Counted from the first letter of the stretch, positions 29,543 through 40,170 are shown. The stretch is 64,000 bases of DNA from Candidatus Aphodousia faecigallinarum (GCA_018714755.1 DVMY01000085.1:12222-76221), one strand, 5' to 3'. The notes: generated from the sequence alone by a model not told the origin. A program made the numbers and translations.

Positions 29543-30874
29543 TTATTTCTTGTTTTTTGTTTCAGAGGTTATTTTAGAAGGCTCTGGTTTAATGACGGAA
29601 ACAAGAACCTGGTCGACTTTGTTGTTATCGGTGTCGATAACTTCAAAACGATAACCACCATAGACGATTTTATCGGTTCGTTTCGGGATCTTTCTGAGCA
29701 TATACATCATGAAACCGGCAACAGTTTCGTATGTGGAATCTTCTGGCAGGCTGTCAACATTTAAAAGTCGTTCCAAATCATCCACAGGTGTGGATCCATC
29801 TACAAGCCAGGATCCATCTTCTCTTTCAAGAATTTGAGATTCTTCTTCCGTGGTTACCAAGTCTCCCATCACGGTACTCATGACGTCATTCAGGGTGATT
29901 ATCCCAACGACCAAAGCGTATTCGTTGATGATAACTGCAATATCGCTATTGGTTCTTTTGAATGTATCCAAGATCTCTGAAAGAGTTAGTGAGTCCGGAA
30001 CTAATTGCACGGGATGGACAAGGCCGTCGTCTTTAAGTGAAAGAGGGTGATCACTCATGATTCTGCCTAAAAGGGCTTTTGAATCAATCACACCGACCAC
30101 ATTGTCAAGATTTTCGTTGCAAACAATGTATTGATTGTGAGGACAGCCAACAACTTTCTTGCAGATTTCTTCTTCCGAGTCACTAAGCAAAAAGTAGACA
30201 ATGCTTTCACGCGGAGTCATAGAGCTGGGGACTGTGCGGCTTTCCAGCTCGAAAATATTTTCGATGGCGTTTTTCTCTTCACTGGCGATCACACCGGCGG
30301 CTGTTCCGGCGTCAACAGTGGCAATAATATCTTCAGAGGTAATTTTGTCTTTAGTGCGTTCTGGTAACCCGAAGCGGCGGATGATGATATTGGATAGGCC
30401 ATTAAAGAACCAAACGAAAGGTCTCAGAACTTTGATGAGAAAGCTCATCGGACTGATAACAGCCATGGCGATTGATTCGGGGGCAACCAGCGCTAAACGT
30501 TTGGGAATTAAGTCCGCAAACAAGATAAATAAAGTTGTGGAAGTGATAAAACCACACCAGAATCCGACATTATGAGCTAGCGCGGGCTCCTGAATGAAAA
30601 TGGAGACGAGGGCTGTGAAATTGGGAGTAAAAAGTCGTTCGCCTAAAATACCGCCAGCTAAAGACAAAGCGTTGACACAAATTTGAATGACCGTAAAAAA
30701 ATGCCCCGGATGTTCTTGGAGAGCTAAAACTCGGGAAGCTTTTTTATGGCCTTCGTCAGCTAAGGTGCGTAAACGGATTTTTTTTGCAGCTGCCAGTGAA
30801 ATTTCCGAGATGGAGAAAAAGCTGCTGGTGAAGATTAATGCAATTAAACAGAGGAATAATACGGTAAAAGACAT
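29543..30874 (-). CDS. paeA: HlyC/CorC (CNNM-CBS-CorC) family transporter, YtfL/PaeA-like
   Basis: SSFFSISEISLAA..KI.L..LADEG N-terminus as recalled for YtfL; CBS pair; CorC domain (DGSWLVDG). Confidence 0.75.
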   Translation of the reverse strand: MSFTVLFLCLIALIFTSSFFSISEISLAAAKKIRLRTLADEGHKKASRVLALQEHPGHFFTVIQICVNALSLAGGILGERLFTPNFTALVSIFIQEPALAHNVGFWCGFITSTTLFILFADLIPKRLALVAPESIAMAVISPMSFLIKVLRPFVWFFNGLSNIIIRRFGLPERTKDKITSEDIIATVDAGTAAGVIASEEKNAIENIFELESRTVPSSMTPRESIVYFLLSDSEEEICKKVVGCPHNQYIVCNENLDNVVGVIDSKALLGRIMSDHPLSLKDDGLVHPVQLVPDSLTLSEILDTFKRTNSDIAVIINEYALVVGIITLNDVMSTVMGDLVTTEEESQILEREDGSWLVDGSTPVDDLERLLNVDSLPEDSTYETVAGFMMYMLRKIPKRTDKIVYGGYRFEVIDTDNNKVDQVLVSVIKPEPSKITSETKNKK

Positions 30875-31096
30875 AAAAAACAGCGTAGATAAACGGAACG
30901 TAAGTATAGCAAAAATAAAGATTTTTTCCTAAAATTGAAAAAACTAGTCACTCTTTAATATTGTTGTTTTCTCTGTTTTAGGTAACAATATGAACAACGC
31001 TGAGGGATAAATTGTTTTTATCCCTTCGGAGGGATGTGTTTGTGAGACTTTCCCCTAGGCTGGTGGAGGGTGTCGCTAAAGTATAAGAGGATGAAT

Positions 31097-32122
31097 ATGA
31101 ATAAAACGATAATGGCCTTATCCGTTGCCAGTTTGGGCTTATTGATGAGTGCGCAGTCTTTAGCCGCATCGAGTACGCTGGAAACCGTAAAAGCCAGGGG
31201 ACAATTGATTTGCGGTGTCAACACTGCTGCTCCGGGTTTTGCCTCTGTTGACAGTAAGGGGAATTGGACAGGGTTGGATGTGGATGTTTGCCGAGCTGTG
31301 GCAGCGGCCACCTTGGGAGATGCCTATAAGGTCAAATTTGTTCCTTTGAGTTCTCCTCAACGTTTTACAGCGTTGCAGGCCGGTGAAATTGATTTGTTGG
31401 CCCGAAACACCTCCTGGACAATGAATCGCGACACAACTACAGGAGCTTTGTTTACCGCGGTGACGTACTATGATGGTCAAGGCTTTATGGTTCCAAAGCG
31501 CTTAAATGTTAAAAGCGCTAAGCAACTCAATGGCGCCACCATCTGTGTCCAGTCTGGAACGTCCAGCGAAAAGAGCTTGGCGGACTTCTTTACGACCAAT
31601 AACATGAAATTTAAGACGGTTGTTTTTGATACAACTGAAGCTACGCAAGCGGCCTTTTTCTCAGGTCGTTGCCAAGCATATACAACGGACATGAGCGATT
31701 TGGCCGGAGGACGTGCGAATGCGACTAATCCGGCCGATTATGACATTCTTCCGGAAGTCATTTCCAAGGAGCCCCTTGCACCGGCAGTTCGCCGTGGTGA
31801 TGATGAGTGGTACTCCATTGTTCGTTGGTCAATATTTGCCATGATTAATGCCGAGGAACTTGGTCTGACCAAGGCCAATATCGACGAAAAGAAGGCAACG
31901 GATATGCGGCCTGACGTGCAGCGTTTGGTCGGTGTTTCTGAAGATATGGGTAAAATGCTTGGTTTGGACAAAGATTGGAGTTATCGGATCATTAAACAAG
32001 TCGGTAACTACGGGGAGAGTTTCGAGGCAAACTTGGGGCCAAATTCCAAATTAGGCTTACCCAGAGGAAATAATAATCTTTGGACTCAAGGCGGTCTCCT
32101 GTACGCTCCGCCGATCCGTTAA
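31097..32122 (+). CDS. aapJ: general L-amino acid ABC transporter substrate-binding protein
   Basis: Signal peptide, GLDVDVCRAVAAA, RFTALQAGEIDLL, YYDGQGFMV, ISKEPL, VGNYGE and GGLLYAPPIR; start placed after the AGAGG SD. Confidence 0.9.
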   Translation: MNKTIMALSVASLGLLMSAQSLAASSTLETVKARGQLICGVNTAAPGFASVDSKGNWTGLDVDVCRAVAAATLGDAYKVKFVPLSSPQRFTALQAGEIDLLARNTSWTMNRDTTTGALFTAVTYYDGQGFMVPKRLNVKSAKQLNGATICVQSGTSSEKSLADFFTTNNMKFKTVVFDTTEATQAAFFSGRCQAYTTDMSDLAGGRANATNPADYDILPEVISKEPLAPAVRRGDDEWYSIVRWSIFAMINAEELGLTKANIDEKKATDMRPDVQRLVGVSEDMGKMLGLDKDWSYRIIKQVGNYGESFEANLGPNSKLGLPRGNNNLWTQGGLLYAPPIR

Positions 32123-32138
32123 TAATTGGTTTGAGATC

Positions 32139-32168
32139 AAATGGCGGTTGTCTCAACCGCCATTTTGA
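32139..32168 (+). terminator. intercistronic stem-loop after the SBP gene (partial terminator or mRNA stabiliser)
   Basis: AAATGGCGGTTG-TCT-CAACCGCCATTT followed by TGATT. Confidence 0.7.
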
Positions 32169-32180
32169 TTAGCGATGTAA

Positions 32181-33359
32181 ATGCAAAAGAAAGATAAGCC
32201 CCTAACTTCAGTTGGAGATTCCGCCTGGCGACGACGGGAGGCATACCGGCGTCGCAAGGAGTGGTTTTGGCAATTTGTTGTGTTTGCTTTGGTGTTAGGG
32301 ATTATCTATTTATTTGCTCAGAATATATTCAGCAATTTACAAGCCCGCGATATTCGCTCCGGTTTCGCTTTCTTAAGCGATCGGGCGAGTTTTGAGATTG
32401 GGGAGTCTTTGATTCCCGTGTCATCCAACGATAGCTTTGGTCGGATGTTTTTAGCCGGGCTTTTCAATACGATACGAGTTTCTGTTTTAGCCATTATTAC
32501 GGCAACAGTTCTTGGAGTGATCGTCGGGTTAATGCGTCTGTCCAAACATCCATTGGTGCGATTTTTAGGAATGGCTCATGTTGAGGTTTATAGAAATATT
32601 CCTCTCTTGATCCAGCTTTTTGCCATATATCTCGTCATCACAGAATTTTTGCCAGATTCATTCGATCCCATACATTTTGGCGCCTGGGCGATGCTTTCAA
32701 AGGCAGGGTTGCAGTTTAGTGTGCCGGAATTTTTGTGGCAGGCAAATGTCACGGCGCTCTTGTTGGCTATCGGCACATTTGTCACCTTAAAGCGTTATTT
32801 AAATAAAAAGCAAACTGCATTGATGGCGACATGCAATTCATTGATTGTTGCTTTTATTGTCGCTTGGGTGGTCTGGCTCACAGTAGGGATTGTTTTTGGT
32901 TGGAGTCAACCGCATCGAGATGGATTCTTGGTGACCGGTGGAGCGAGCGCGACGCCTGAATTCATTGCACTTTGGGTTGGATTGACGACATTTACCTCAG
33001 CTTCAATTGCCGAAATTGTTCGAGCGGGTATTTTGGCAGTGCCCGCCAATCAGTGGAGAGCATCAGCCGCCTTGGGGATGACTCGCTTACAAACCATTAG
33101 TTATGTCATTTTGCCTCAGTCACTTCGTCTAGTTGTGCCTCCGATGGCTAGCCAGTACATGAATCTAACTAAAAATTCATCTTTGGCGGTCATTATTGGT
33201 TATCCGGATATCGTTAGTGTGGGAAATACGTCGATTGTCATCATGGGACAGGCATTAGAGGCGATTGTGATCATCATGTTGGTTTATCTGTTACTCAATC
33301 TTGTTATCGCTGTAATCATGAATCGTGTTAATGCGAAAGTGGTTGCAGCACCGCGGTAA
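32181..33359 (+). CDS. aapQ: amino acid ABC transporter permease (AapQ/BztB)
   Basis: GFAFL...A.F.IGE, YRNIPLLIQL, IAEIVRAGI and NLTKNSSLAV.IGYPD motifs. Confidence 0.88.
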   Translation: MQKKDKPLTSVGDSAWRRREAYRRRKEWFWQFVVFALVLGIIYLFAQNIFSNLQARDIRSGFAFLSDRASFEIGESLIPVSSNDSFGRMFLAGLFNTIRVSVLAIITATVLGVIVGLMRLSKHPLVRFLGMAHVEVYRNIPLLIQLFAIYLVITEFLPDSFDPIHFGAWAMLSKAGLQFSVPEFLWQANVTALLLAIGTFVTLKRYLNKKQTALMATCNSLIVAFIVAWVVWLTVGIVFGWSQPHRDGFLVTGGASATPEFIALWVGLTTFTSASIAEIVRAGILAVPANQWRASAALGMTRLQTISYVILPQSLRLVVPPMASQYMNLTKNSSLAVIIGYPDIVSVGNTSIVIMGQALEAIVIIMLVYLLLNLVIAVIMNRVNAKVVAAPR

Positions 33360-33365
33360 AGGGAG

Positions 33366-34445
33366 ATGAGAATGGTCGCAATGAATGCTTCTCTCGTTCA
33401 AACCCTTCGCAAGGATTATTTTGGCTCTCCAGTGAGTTCTTTGCTCACGCTTTTGATCGCGGGCTGTTTATTTTGGTTTGCTGCGGAATTTATTGACTGG
33501 GGAGTCGTCAATGCGGTCGGTCAAGCTGATCTTTCTTTGTGCCGAGCTTCAGACGGAGCTTGTTGGGGGTTTATATCCGAGAAGTGGCGCCTCATTCTTT
33601 TCGGTCGTTACCCCTATGAAGAACAGTGGCGGGCGGGATTAGGCACGGCATTGATTGTTTTTATGTTGGTGGCAACAGCTGTGCCTCATTTTTGGACAAA
33701 GAGAGGATTCAAACTCCTTGTGACTGGCTGGCTGATCGCATTCGTCATGTTTTTTATCCTCATGGCGGGCGGCATTTTCGGTTTGTCTTCGGTAGATTCC
33801 GATGCGTGGGGCGGATTGCCGCTGACCGTCATTCTCACTTTGATTGGCATGACGTTTTCGGCGCCGATTGGTATTTTGTTGGCCATTGGGAGACGGTCAA
33901 ATCTACCGATTGTGCGGGTGCTATCGGCGAGTTATATCGAACTGGTTCGCGGTGTGCCGCTCATTACGGTCTTGTTTGTGGCAACTTATATTTTCCCGCT
34001 TTTGCTGCCGGCTGGATGGATGATAGATGGTTTTTGGCGAATAGCTTTAGGGATAGTGCTTTTCCAGGCAGCGTACATGGCCGAAACAGTCAGAGGCGGT
34101 CTTCAGACGATTAGCAGTGGTCAATATAATGCCGCGGCTTCTTTAGGATTTAAGCCGTGGCAGGTTTACTCGTATGTTATTTTGCCGCAAGCTTTGGTGG
34201 CGGTTATTCCTGCACTGGTCAATAGTTTGCTGTCAACCTTCATGGACACCTCTTTAGTGACGGTTGTGTCAATGTATGACCTAACTGGGGCTTTGCGTTT
34301 GGCTTTAGGCGACCCGCAGTGGCGGCAGTTCTTTATTGAAGGGTATTTATTTGTTGCCGCGATTTATTTTTTCTCCAGTCTGCTGATGTCTCGATACAGT
34401 ATTTGGCTGGAACGACGGGTCAAAGAGGGTGGCAATCATGATTAA
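33366..34445 (+). CDS. aapM: amino acid ABC transporter permease (AapM/BztC)
   Basis: GACW, FGRYPYEEQWR, WGGLPLT, ELVRGVPLITVLF and AYMAETVRGGLQ motifs. Confidence 0.88.
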   Translation: MRMVAMNASLVQTLRKDYFGSPVSSLLTLLIAGCLFWFAAEFIDWGVVNAVGQADLSLCRASDGACWGFISEKWRLILFGRYPYEEQWRAGLGTALIVFMLVATAVPHFWTKRGFKLLVTGWLIAFVMFFILMAGGIFGLSSVDSDAWGGLPLTVILTLIGMTFSAPIGILLAIGRRSNLPIVRVLSASYIELVRGVPLITVLFVATYIFPLLLPAGWMIDGFWRIALGIVLFQAAYMAETVRGGLQTISSGQYNAAASLGFKPWQVYSYVILPQALVAVIPALVNSLLSTFMDTSLVTVVSMYDLTGALRLALGDPQWRQFFIEGYLFVAAIYFFSSLLMSRYSIWLERRVKEGGNHD

Positions 34446-34923
34446 AGTGCATGAACATAGTATCGAAGTAACAAATCAAAACGATACTTTATTCAATTTG
34501 CTGACTGTTCCAAACTTGTTAAGACATTTAGAACATTACGCCAAGCATCCTCATGAATATTTTGAGCCGCTTGAGAATTCTGAAGTCACGGAAATGTTTG
34601 AGGATGGAAGACAGGTCTTTTACCGAGTGTTGCATTTTGGCTCAATGGATGTAAAAGACAAAGTGACTTTTATCAATGATCTGACAATGGTGATAGATAT
34701 AGAACGCACCGAGGACTATCCAGGGAGTCGCTTAACCATCAAGATTGAAACTTTTGAAGCTAATCAGACTATCCGATTGCATTTTATTTATGAAGAGGAT
34801 TCTACCGTTGCTCCAAAAGAAGATATTTTCCTATCGCTTCGTCGCAAAGCGTATGAGCAAAAAGACAAAGACATGGTTGAAAGAATCAGACAACGAGCTG
34901 ATCATTTGCCTGCATTGTCATAA
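34438..34923 (+). CDS. SRPBCC/DUF1857 (AtaL-like) family protein
   Basis: HEH.IEV...R.LHFG...VKDKV...GSRL.I.IE...AYEQKD.DMV..IR pattern; overlaps the aapM stop by 8 nt. Confidence 0.6.
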   Translation: MIKVHEHSIEVTNQNDTLFNLLTVPNLLRHLEHYAKHPHEYFEPLENSEVTEMFEDGRQVFYRVLHFGSMDVKDKVTFINDLTMVIDIERTEDYPGSRLTIKIETFEANQTIRLHFIYEEDSTVAPKEDIFLSLRRKAYEQKDKDMVERIRQRADHLPALS

Positions 34924-34953
34924 TTTTGAATTTTCCTATTGAAAGACTTACCA

Positions 34954-37239
34954 ATGACATTGACTCAAGAAGCCAATAATCGGATCGTTTTAACTTTATC
35001 GAATGAGATTCATGCCGCCGGACCGCAAGTGGAGGCGGCTGTGAATTTACTGGACGGCGGCGCTACGGTGCCTTTTATTGCACGATATCGCAAAGAAGTC
35101 ACAGGCGGCCTTGACGACACACAATTGCGTCTATTACAAGAAAGATTGATTTATTTGCGAGACATGGAGGCTCGCCGCGCAGCTGTGATTGAATCCATTG
35201 ATTCTCAGGGAAAGCTGACCGATGAATTGAAGAAAGCTTTGCTTGATGCCGATACAAAGCAGCGAATTGAAGATCTGTACTTGCCTTATAAGCCCAAACG
35301 TCGCACGAGAGCTCAAATTGCCAAAGAGGCCGGTTTAGAACCTTTGGCAGAGGAATTATTTAAGGATCCTCAATTGGATCCGGAACAAAGGGCTCAAACT
35401 TATCTCAATGCGGATAAAGGCGTTGTTACTGCGAAAGACGCCTTAAATGGCGCTCGGGATATTTTGGCTGAACGGTTTAGTGAAGACGCAGAGCTACTTT
35501 CAAATCTCCGCGCATTTTTGACGAAACATGGTTTTATTGTTTCCGAACTTGTGGAAGGCAAGGAAAACGAGGGAGCAAAATTCAAGGATTATTTTGACTT
35601 TGACGAAGAATTGACATCAATTCCTTCACATCGCGCATTGGCACTTTTCCGTGGTCGCCAGGAAGGAGTTCTCTCGATCAAAATTGCTCTAAGTGAGCAA
35701 GAGGAAGCGCAAAAACCTCATCCTTGTCAGAAAATTATTGCGGAGCATTTTGGTATTAAAGATCTAGGTAGAGCAGCAGATCAGTGGTTGATGGATGTTT
35801 GCCGTTGGACTTGGAGAGTGAAAGTTAATCTCAATCTCGAAACAGAACTTTTTGAGACTATCCGTGAGCGAGCGGAAGAAGAGGCCATTCGAGTTTTCGG
35901 AATCAATTTAAAAGACTTGCTTTTGGCGGCGCCGGCGGGTCAAAAAGGAGTCATCGGTTTAGATCCCGGATTGCGTACCGGCGTGAAGGTCGCAGTTATT
36001 TCCGCCACGGGAAGCGTGTTGGAAACGGGAGTTATTTATCCACATGAACCTAGAAAAGAATGGGATCGGTCAATTGAAATCTTGGCGGCATTGGCAAAGC
36101 GGCATGGCTCTAAATTAATCAGTATCGGTAACGGTACGGCAAGTCGTGAAACGGATCGTTTAGCTGCGGATCTTATTGCCCGTTATCCCTCTTTGGGGCT
36201 AACTAAAATCGTAGTGAGTGAAGCAGGAGCGAGCGTCTATTCTGCCAGTGAATTGGCGGCTAAAGAATTCCCGGATATGGACGTTAGTTATCGTGGTGCG
36301 GTATCAATTGCAAGGCGCCTTCAGGATCCATTGGCAGAGTTGGTGAAAATTGATCCGAAAGCAATTGGGGTGGGCCAGTATCAACATGATGTCAATCAAA
36401 TCCATCTAGCGCAAAAATTAGACGCCGTAGTGGAAGATTGTGTCAACGCCGTGGGAGTCGACCTTAATACTGCTAGTGTGCCGCTTTTGGCTCGCGTTTC
36501 TGGTTTAACGAAGTCGGTTGCCCAGTCTATCGTGACGTACAGGGATACGCACGGGGCATTTAAAAATCGTCGCGAACTTTTAAATGTACCTCGCTTGGGG
36601 GATAAAACCTTTGAGCAAGCGGCTGGATTTTTGCGAATCAACGGAGGTGAAAATCCCCTAGATGCGTCAGCTGTTCATCCTGAGGCTTATCCAGTCGTCG
36701 AGAAAATTGTGGCAAAAACAGGTTGTGATATACAAACGCTGATCGGAAATCAGGCTATTTTGAGAAATCTGAAAGCTTCAGAATTTACAGACGAACGTTT
36801 TGGGGTGCCAACAGTTAAAGATATCTTCTTGGAACTTGAAAAACCGGGACGCGATCCTCGACCGGAATTTAAGATGGCAACCTTCCGGGAAGGCGTGGAA
36901 ACTATCTCGGATTTAAAAGTGGACATGGAGTTGGAAGGGGTTGTGTCTAATGTTGCGGCCTTTGGAGCTTTTGTTGATATTGGTGTGCATCAAGACGGTT
37001 TAGTGCATGTGTCGGAGTTGGCTAATCACTTTGTCAAAGATCCCAGAGAAGTGGTAAAGGTGGGTCAGATTGTGCATGTCCGTGTCCTGGAAGTGGATGT
37101 GGCACGCAACAGAATTTCATTGTCTATGAAAAATCGCAATAACTCATCTAACAAAGTAGCTCGGTCCAATAAAGCGCAAATGGTTAGAGCTGCTCCGATG
37201 GGAGCGATGGCTAGCGCATTTGCCAAACTAAAACGTTGA
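34954..37239 (+). CDS. tex: Tex/YhgF RNA-binding transcription accessory protein
   Basis: [45 protein letters not shown], HhH and C-terminal S1 domain. Confidence 0.95.
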   Translation: MTLTQEANNRIVLTLSNEIHAAGPQVEAAVNLLDGGATVPFIARYRKEVTGGLDDTQLRLLQERLIYLRDMEARRAAVIESIDSQGKLTDELKKALLDADTKQRIEDLYLPYKPKRRTRAQIAKEAGLEPLAEELFKDPQLDPEQRAQTYLNADKGVVTAKDALNGARDILAERFSEDAELLSNLRAFLTKHGFIVSELVEGKENEGAKFKDYFDFDEELTSIPSHRALALFRGRQEGVLSIKIALSEQEEAQKPHPCQKIIAEHFGIKDLGRAADQWLMDVCRWTWRVKVNLNLETELFETIRERAEEEAIRVFGINLKDLLLAAPAGQKGVIGLDPGLRTGVKVAVISATGSVLETGVIYPHEPRKEWDRSIEILAALAKRHGSKLISIGNGTASRETDRLAADLIARYPSLGLTKIVVSEAGASVYSASELAAKEFPDMDVSYRGAVSIARRLQDPLAELVKIDPKAIGVGQYQHDVNQIHLAQKLDAVVEDCVNAVGVDLNTASVPLLARVSGLTKSVAQSIVTYRDTHGAFKNRRELLNVPRLGDKTFEQAAGFLRINGGENPLDASAVHPEAYPVVEKIVAKTGCDIQTLIGNQAILRNLKASEFTDERFGVPTVKDIFLELEKPGRDPRPEFKMATFREGVETISDLKVDMELEGVVSNVAAFGAFVDIGVHQDGLVHVSELANHFVKDPREVVKVGQIVHVRVLEVDVARNRISLSMKNRNNSSNKVARSNKAQMVRAAPMGAMASAFAKLKR

Positions 37240-37278
37240 CGAAGGTCCAATAAATAAGTTATTTTACCTAGCCGAAAC

Positions 37279-37287
37279 TGCTAAAAT
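37279..37287 (+). promoter_or_regulatory. extended -10 promoter element upstream of the M20 peptidase
   Basis: TGCTAAAAT (TGn-TAAAAT), about 57 nt before the ATG, which has a strong GAGGAG SD. Confidence 0.45.
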
Positions 37288-37344
37288 CGTTCAGATGTGA
37301 AAACGAAAGTTTTCAGCTTTTTTAATGAAATTGAGGAGTTGAAT

Positions 37345-38628
37345 ATGGACAACCCTAAGGATGCAAAGCCCCTGGAAATGCCGCCGCTTTTGGATCATGT
37401 TCAGGCTGCTGTTGATAAGTTGGCTTCTTGTGAAACCATTAAGGCCGCAATTGAAGCAGTAAAGCGCGATGATGAAAAGACGCTTGCTGATCAAATTGCT
37501 ATCACTGAAGTTGAAGCCCCTCCTTTCCATGAAGAAGTTCGTGCCAAGGATTTCGTTCGTCGTTTGGAAGAATTAGGTTTAAAGGCTTCTATCGATGAAG
37601 AGGGCAATGTGGTTGCTCGCCGTGCCGGTAAAGGCAATGGTCCGACGTTGGTTTTGGCTGCTCACTTGGATACGGTTTTCCCGGCTGGCACAGATGTTAA
37701 GGTTCGTCGTGAAGGGAATCGTTATTTGGCTCCTGGCATCAGCGATGATGCGCGTGGTTTGGCTGCGATTTTGCAAGTTTTGCGTACATTGCAAGAATTC
37801 AAGATTGAAACAGTCGGCGACATTCTTTTCGTAGGTAGCGTTGGAGAAGAAGGCAACGGCGACCTTCGCGGTTCTAAGTACCTCTTCAATAAGAGTGGCA
37901 TTCATATCGATGGCTTTATTTCCGTTGATGGAGTGAACGTCAATCGCGTGTTGTGTGGTGCTACGGGTTCTAAGCGCTATCGTGTGCACTTTGATGGTCC
38001 TGGCGGACATTCTTGGAATGCTTTTGGTACGCCGAGCGCCATTCATGCTATCGGTCGCGCCATTGCCAAGATTGCTGATTTGCAAACGGTAAGCGACCCG
38101 AAGACGACGTTTACTTGCGGTACGATTAAGGGCGGCACGACGGTTAACTCCATTGCGGCTCATGTTGAAATGGAATTGGATATGCGTAGCGCCGGCGCCA
38201 ATGAGTTGGATGAATTGGAAGCTCGCATTCTCCCGATTTTTGAACAAGCCGCCAAGGATGAAAATGCTCGTTGGGGCTACAAGGACGAGGATGGTGTGAA
38301 GCTCACGCTTGAGCCGATCGGTCATCGCCCCGGTGGCGGACAAAAAGACGAAGTCAGCGTGTTGCAAGCTGCCCGCGGCGCAATGGCTGCTTTGGGCATT
38401 CCGCTTTATTCTTACGCCTTTGCATCAACGGACCACAACGTGGCCGTCAATAAGGGCGTTCCCGCAACAACTTTAGGTGGTGGCGGTAAAGAAGGCTTTA
38501 ACCACAACGTGAAGGAATGGTATGAGCCGGTGGATGCTTACCAAGGTCCGCAATTGGCTATGCTTACGAGCTTGGTGTTGGTTGGCGTTGACGGTGTCAG
38601 CGAACCCGTGCTTGAAAAGCGCGCTTAA
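37345..38628 (+). CDS. M20/M25/M40 family metallohydrolase (peptidase T-like)
   Basis: AHLDTVF, PGISDDARG, GEEGNGDLRG, GGHSW, STD and HNVKEW motifs; strong codon bias. Confidence 0.88.
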   Translation: MDNPKDAKPLEMPPLLDHVQAAVDKLASCETIKAAIEAVKRDDEKTLADQIAITEVEAPPFHEEVRAKDFVRRLEELGLKASIDEEGNVVARRAGKGNGPTLVLAAHLDTVFPAGTDVKVRREGNRYLAPGISDDARGLAAILQVLRTLQEFKIETVGDILFVGSVGEEGNGDLRGSKYLFNKSGIHIDGFISVDGVNVNRVLCGATGSKRYRVHFDGPGGHSWNAFGTPSAIHAIGRAIAKIADLQTVSDPKTTFTCGTIKGGTTVNSIAAHVEMELDMRSAGANELDELEARILPIFEQAAKDENARWGYKDEDGVKLTLEPIGHRPGGGQKDEVSVLQAARGAMAALGIPLYSYAFASTDHNVAVNKGVPATTLGGGGKEGFNHNVKEWYEPVDAYQGPQLAMLTSLVLVGVDGVSEPVLEKRA

Positions 38629-38639
38629 TTAGCAAAAAA

Positions 38640-38722
38640 AAGCACAAGGCTATCAATAGTCTTGTGCTTAATTTAGACAGATCCCGACAGGTTGGTGAAT
38701 TACTCCCGTCGGGATCTTTTTA
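38640..38722. terminator. two tandem stem-loops between convergent genes
   Basis: AAGCACAAGGCTAT-CA-ATAGTCTTGTGCTT preceded by an A-run (minus-strand terminator), and AGATCCCGAC...GTCGGGATCT followed by TTTT (plus-strand terminator). Confidence 0.75.
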
Positions 38723-38732
38723 ACCAAAATGT

Positions 38733-40037
38733 TTAGCGTTCAATAAGAGGTTCGCCGTCGTGCGAACTGCCTTGATTCATAAGAGCGTTTAGTAGTATTG
38801 CTCCGAATGTCGCAGTACCAATGCCGCCTAATGTGAAGCCGGCGATATTGATTGTAAAGTCACCGGCGCCCAGAATTAAGGTAACCGCTGCTACGATCAG
38901 ATTGCGATTGTTGCCGAAATCAACCTGATTGACCACCCAGATTCTGGCTCCTGCGATGGCGATGAGACCAAAGACCACAATGGAAACCCCACCCAGTAAG
39001 GGTTGTGGAATCGTTTGAATAATGGCTCCGAATTTAGGTGAAAAGCCTAGAACTATTGCAAAGCAGGCGGCGACCACAAAAATGAGTGTGGAGTAAACAC
39101 GAGTGGCAGCCATAACGCCGATATTTTCACCATACGTTGTAACACCTGTGCCGCCGAAGCTGGCAGCAAACATGGTGGCGATACCATCACCCAAGAAGGC
39201 TCGGCCCATGTATGGATCGAGGTTTCTGCCAGTCATGGCCGTAACAGCTTTGACGTGTCCTAAGTTTTCACCAATCAGAATGATGACTACAGGTGTAATC
39301 AATAGAACAGCATTGAAGTCAAAGGTTGGAGTGGAAAAGTGAGGTAAACCGAACCAGGCTGCTTTGGCGATGATAGAAAAATCAATGGCCGGTCCCATAT
39401 GTAAAATATTGGCCAATACAAAATAAATGACGTAGCTTAAAGCGATACCGACGAGAATCAGTAACTTTTGAATAAGGCCACGAGTGTAAACAGCAACTGC
39501 GCCGACACAAACCATGGTAATGATGGCGATACAAGCGTTAAACGTACCGGTTCCAACACTCTTACAAGCGGTCGGTGCTAAATTCAAACCGATAACCGCA
39601 ACAACGGCACCGGTGACAACAGGAGGCATCAATTTTTCGATCCATTTAACCCCTGTTGACATGACAATCAGACCTACCAGTGCGTAAATAAGGCCACAGG
39701 CAATAATGCCTCCCAACGCCACGCTGATGTTGGCGTTAAATCCGGATCCTGCTGAGTAACCCGTTGCAGCGATAACGACGCCGATAAAAGCAAAACTGGA
39801 GCCTAAGTAACTGGGAACGTGTCCTCCGACAATGAAAAAGAAAATGAGCGTACCGATACCGCTCATTAGAATGGCCACATTTGGATCGAACCCCATCAGC
39901 AGCGGGGCTAAAATGGTTGAGCCGAACATGGCGACTACGTGCTGAACCCCTAAGGCTAATGTTTGACCCGTGGGCAGACGTTCATCCGGCGCGATAATGC
40001 CGTCTTTTTTCAGTTTCCATTGAGGGAAATAACTCAT
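38733..40037 (-). CDS. NCS2 family pyrimidine/uracil permease (RutG/UraA-like)
   Basis: QHVVAMFG, PSYLGSSFAF, ENLGH and the NAT motif TTYGENIGVMAATRVYS. Confidence 0.9.
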   Translation of the reverse strand: MSYFPQWKLKKDGIIAPDERLPTGQTLALGVQHVVAMFGSTILAPLLMGFDPNVAILMSGIGTLIFFFIVGGHVPSYLGSSFAFIGVVIAATGYSAGSGFNANISVALGGIIACGLIYALVGLIVMSTGVKWIEKLMPPVVTGAVVAVIGLNLAPTACKSVGTGTFNACIAIITMVCVGAVAVYTRGLIQKLLILVGIALSYVIYFVLANILHMGPAIDFSIIAKAAWFGLPHFSTPTFDFNAVLLITPVVIILIGENLGHVKAVTAMTGRNLDPYMGRAFLGDGIATMFAASFGGTGVTTYGENIGVMAATRVYSTLIFVVAACFAIVLGFSPKFGAIIQTIPQPLLGGVSIVVFGLIAIAGARIWVVNQVDFGNNRNLIVAAVTLILGAGDFTINIAGFTLGGIGTATFGAILLNALMNQGSSHDGEPLIER

Positions 40038-40170
40038 TTTTATGCTCCAAAAATTATTTTGAGCATTTTAACGCCAGAAGATTTTAAGCAGGGGAATTTG
40101 ATGAAATTCGGTACAATAACCCCCTTAATTGTTGACTTTATGCCTTGAATTGTCGAAAGAAAATTAAAAA

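Noticed and set aside
30975-31095. Glycine riboswitch upstream of the amino-acid ABC operon
   Set aside because: The conserved GGAGA...CCGAAG...CUCUCAGG elements are not present.
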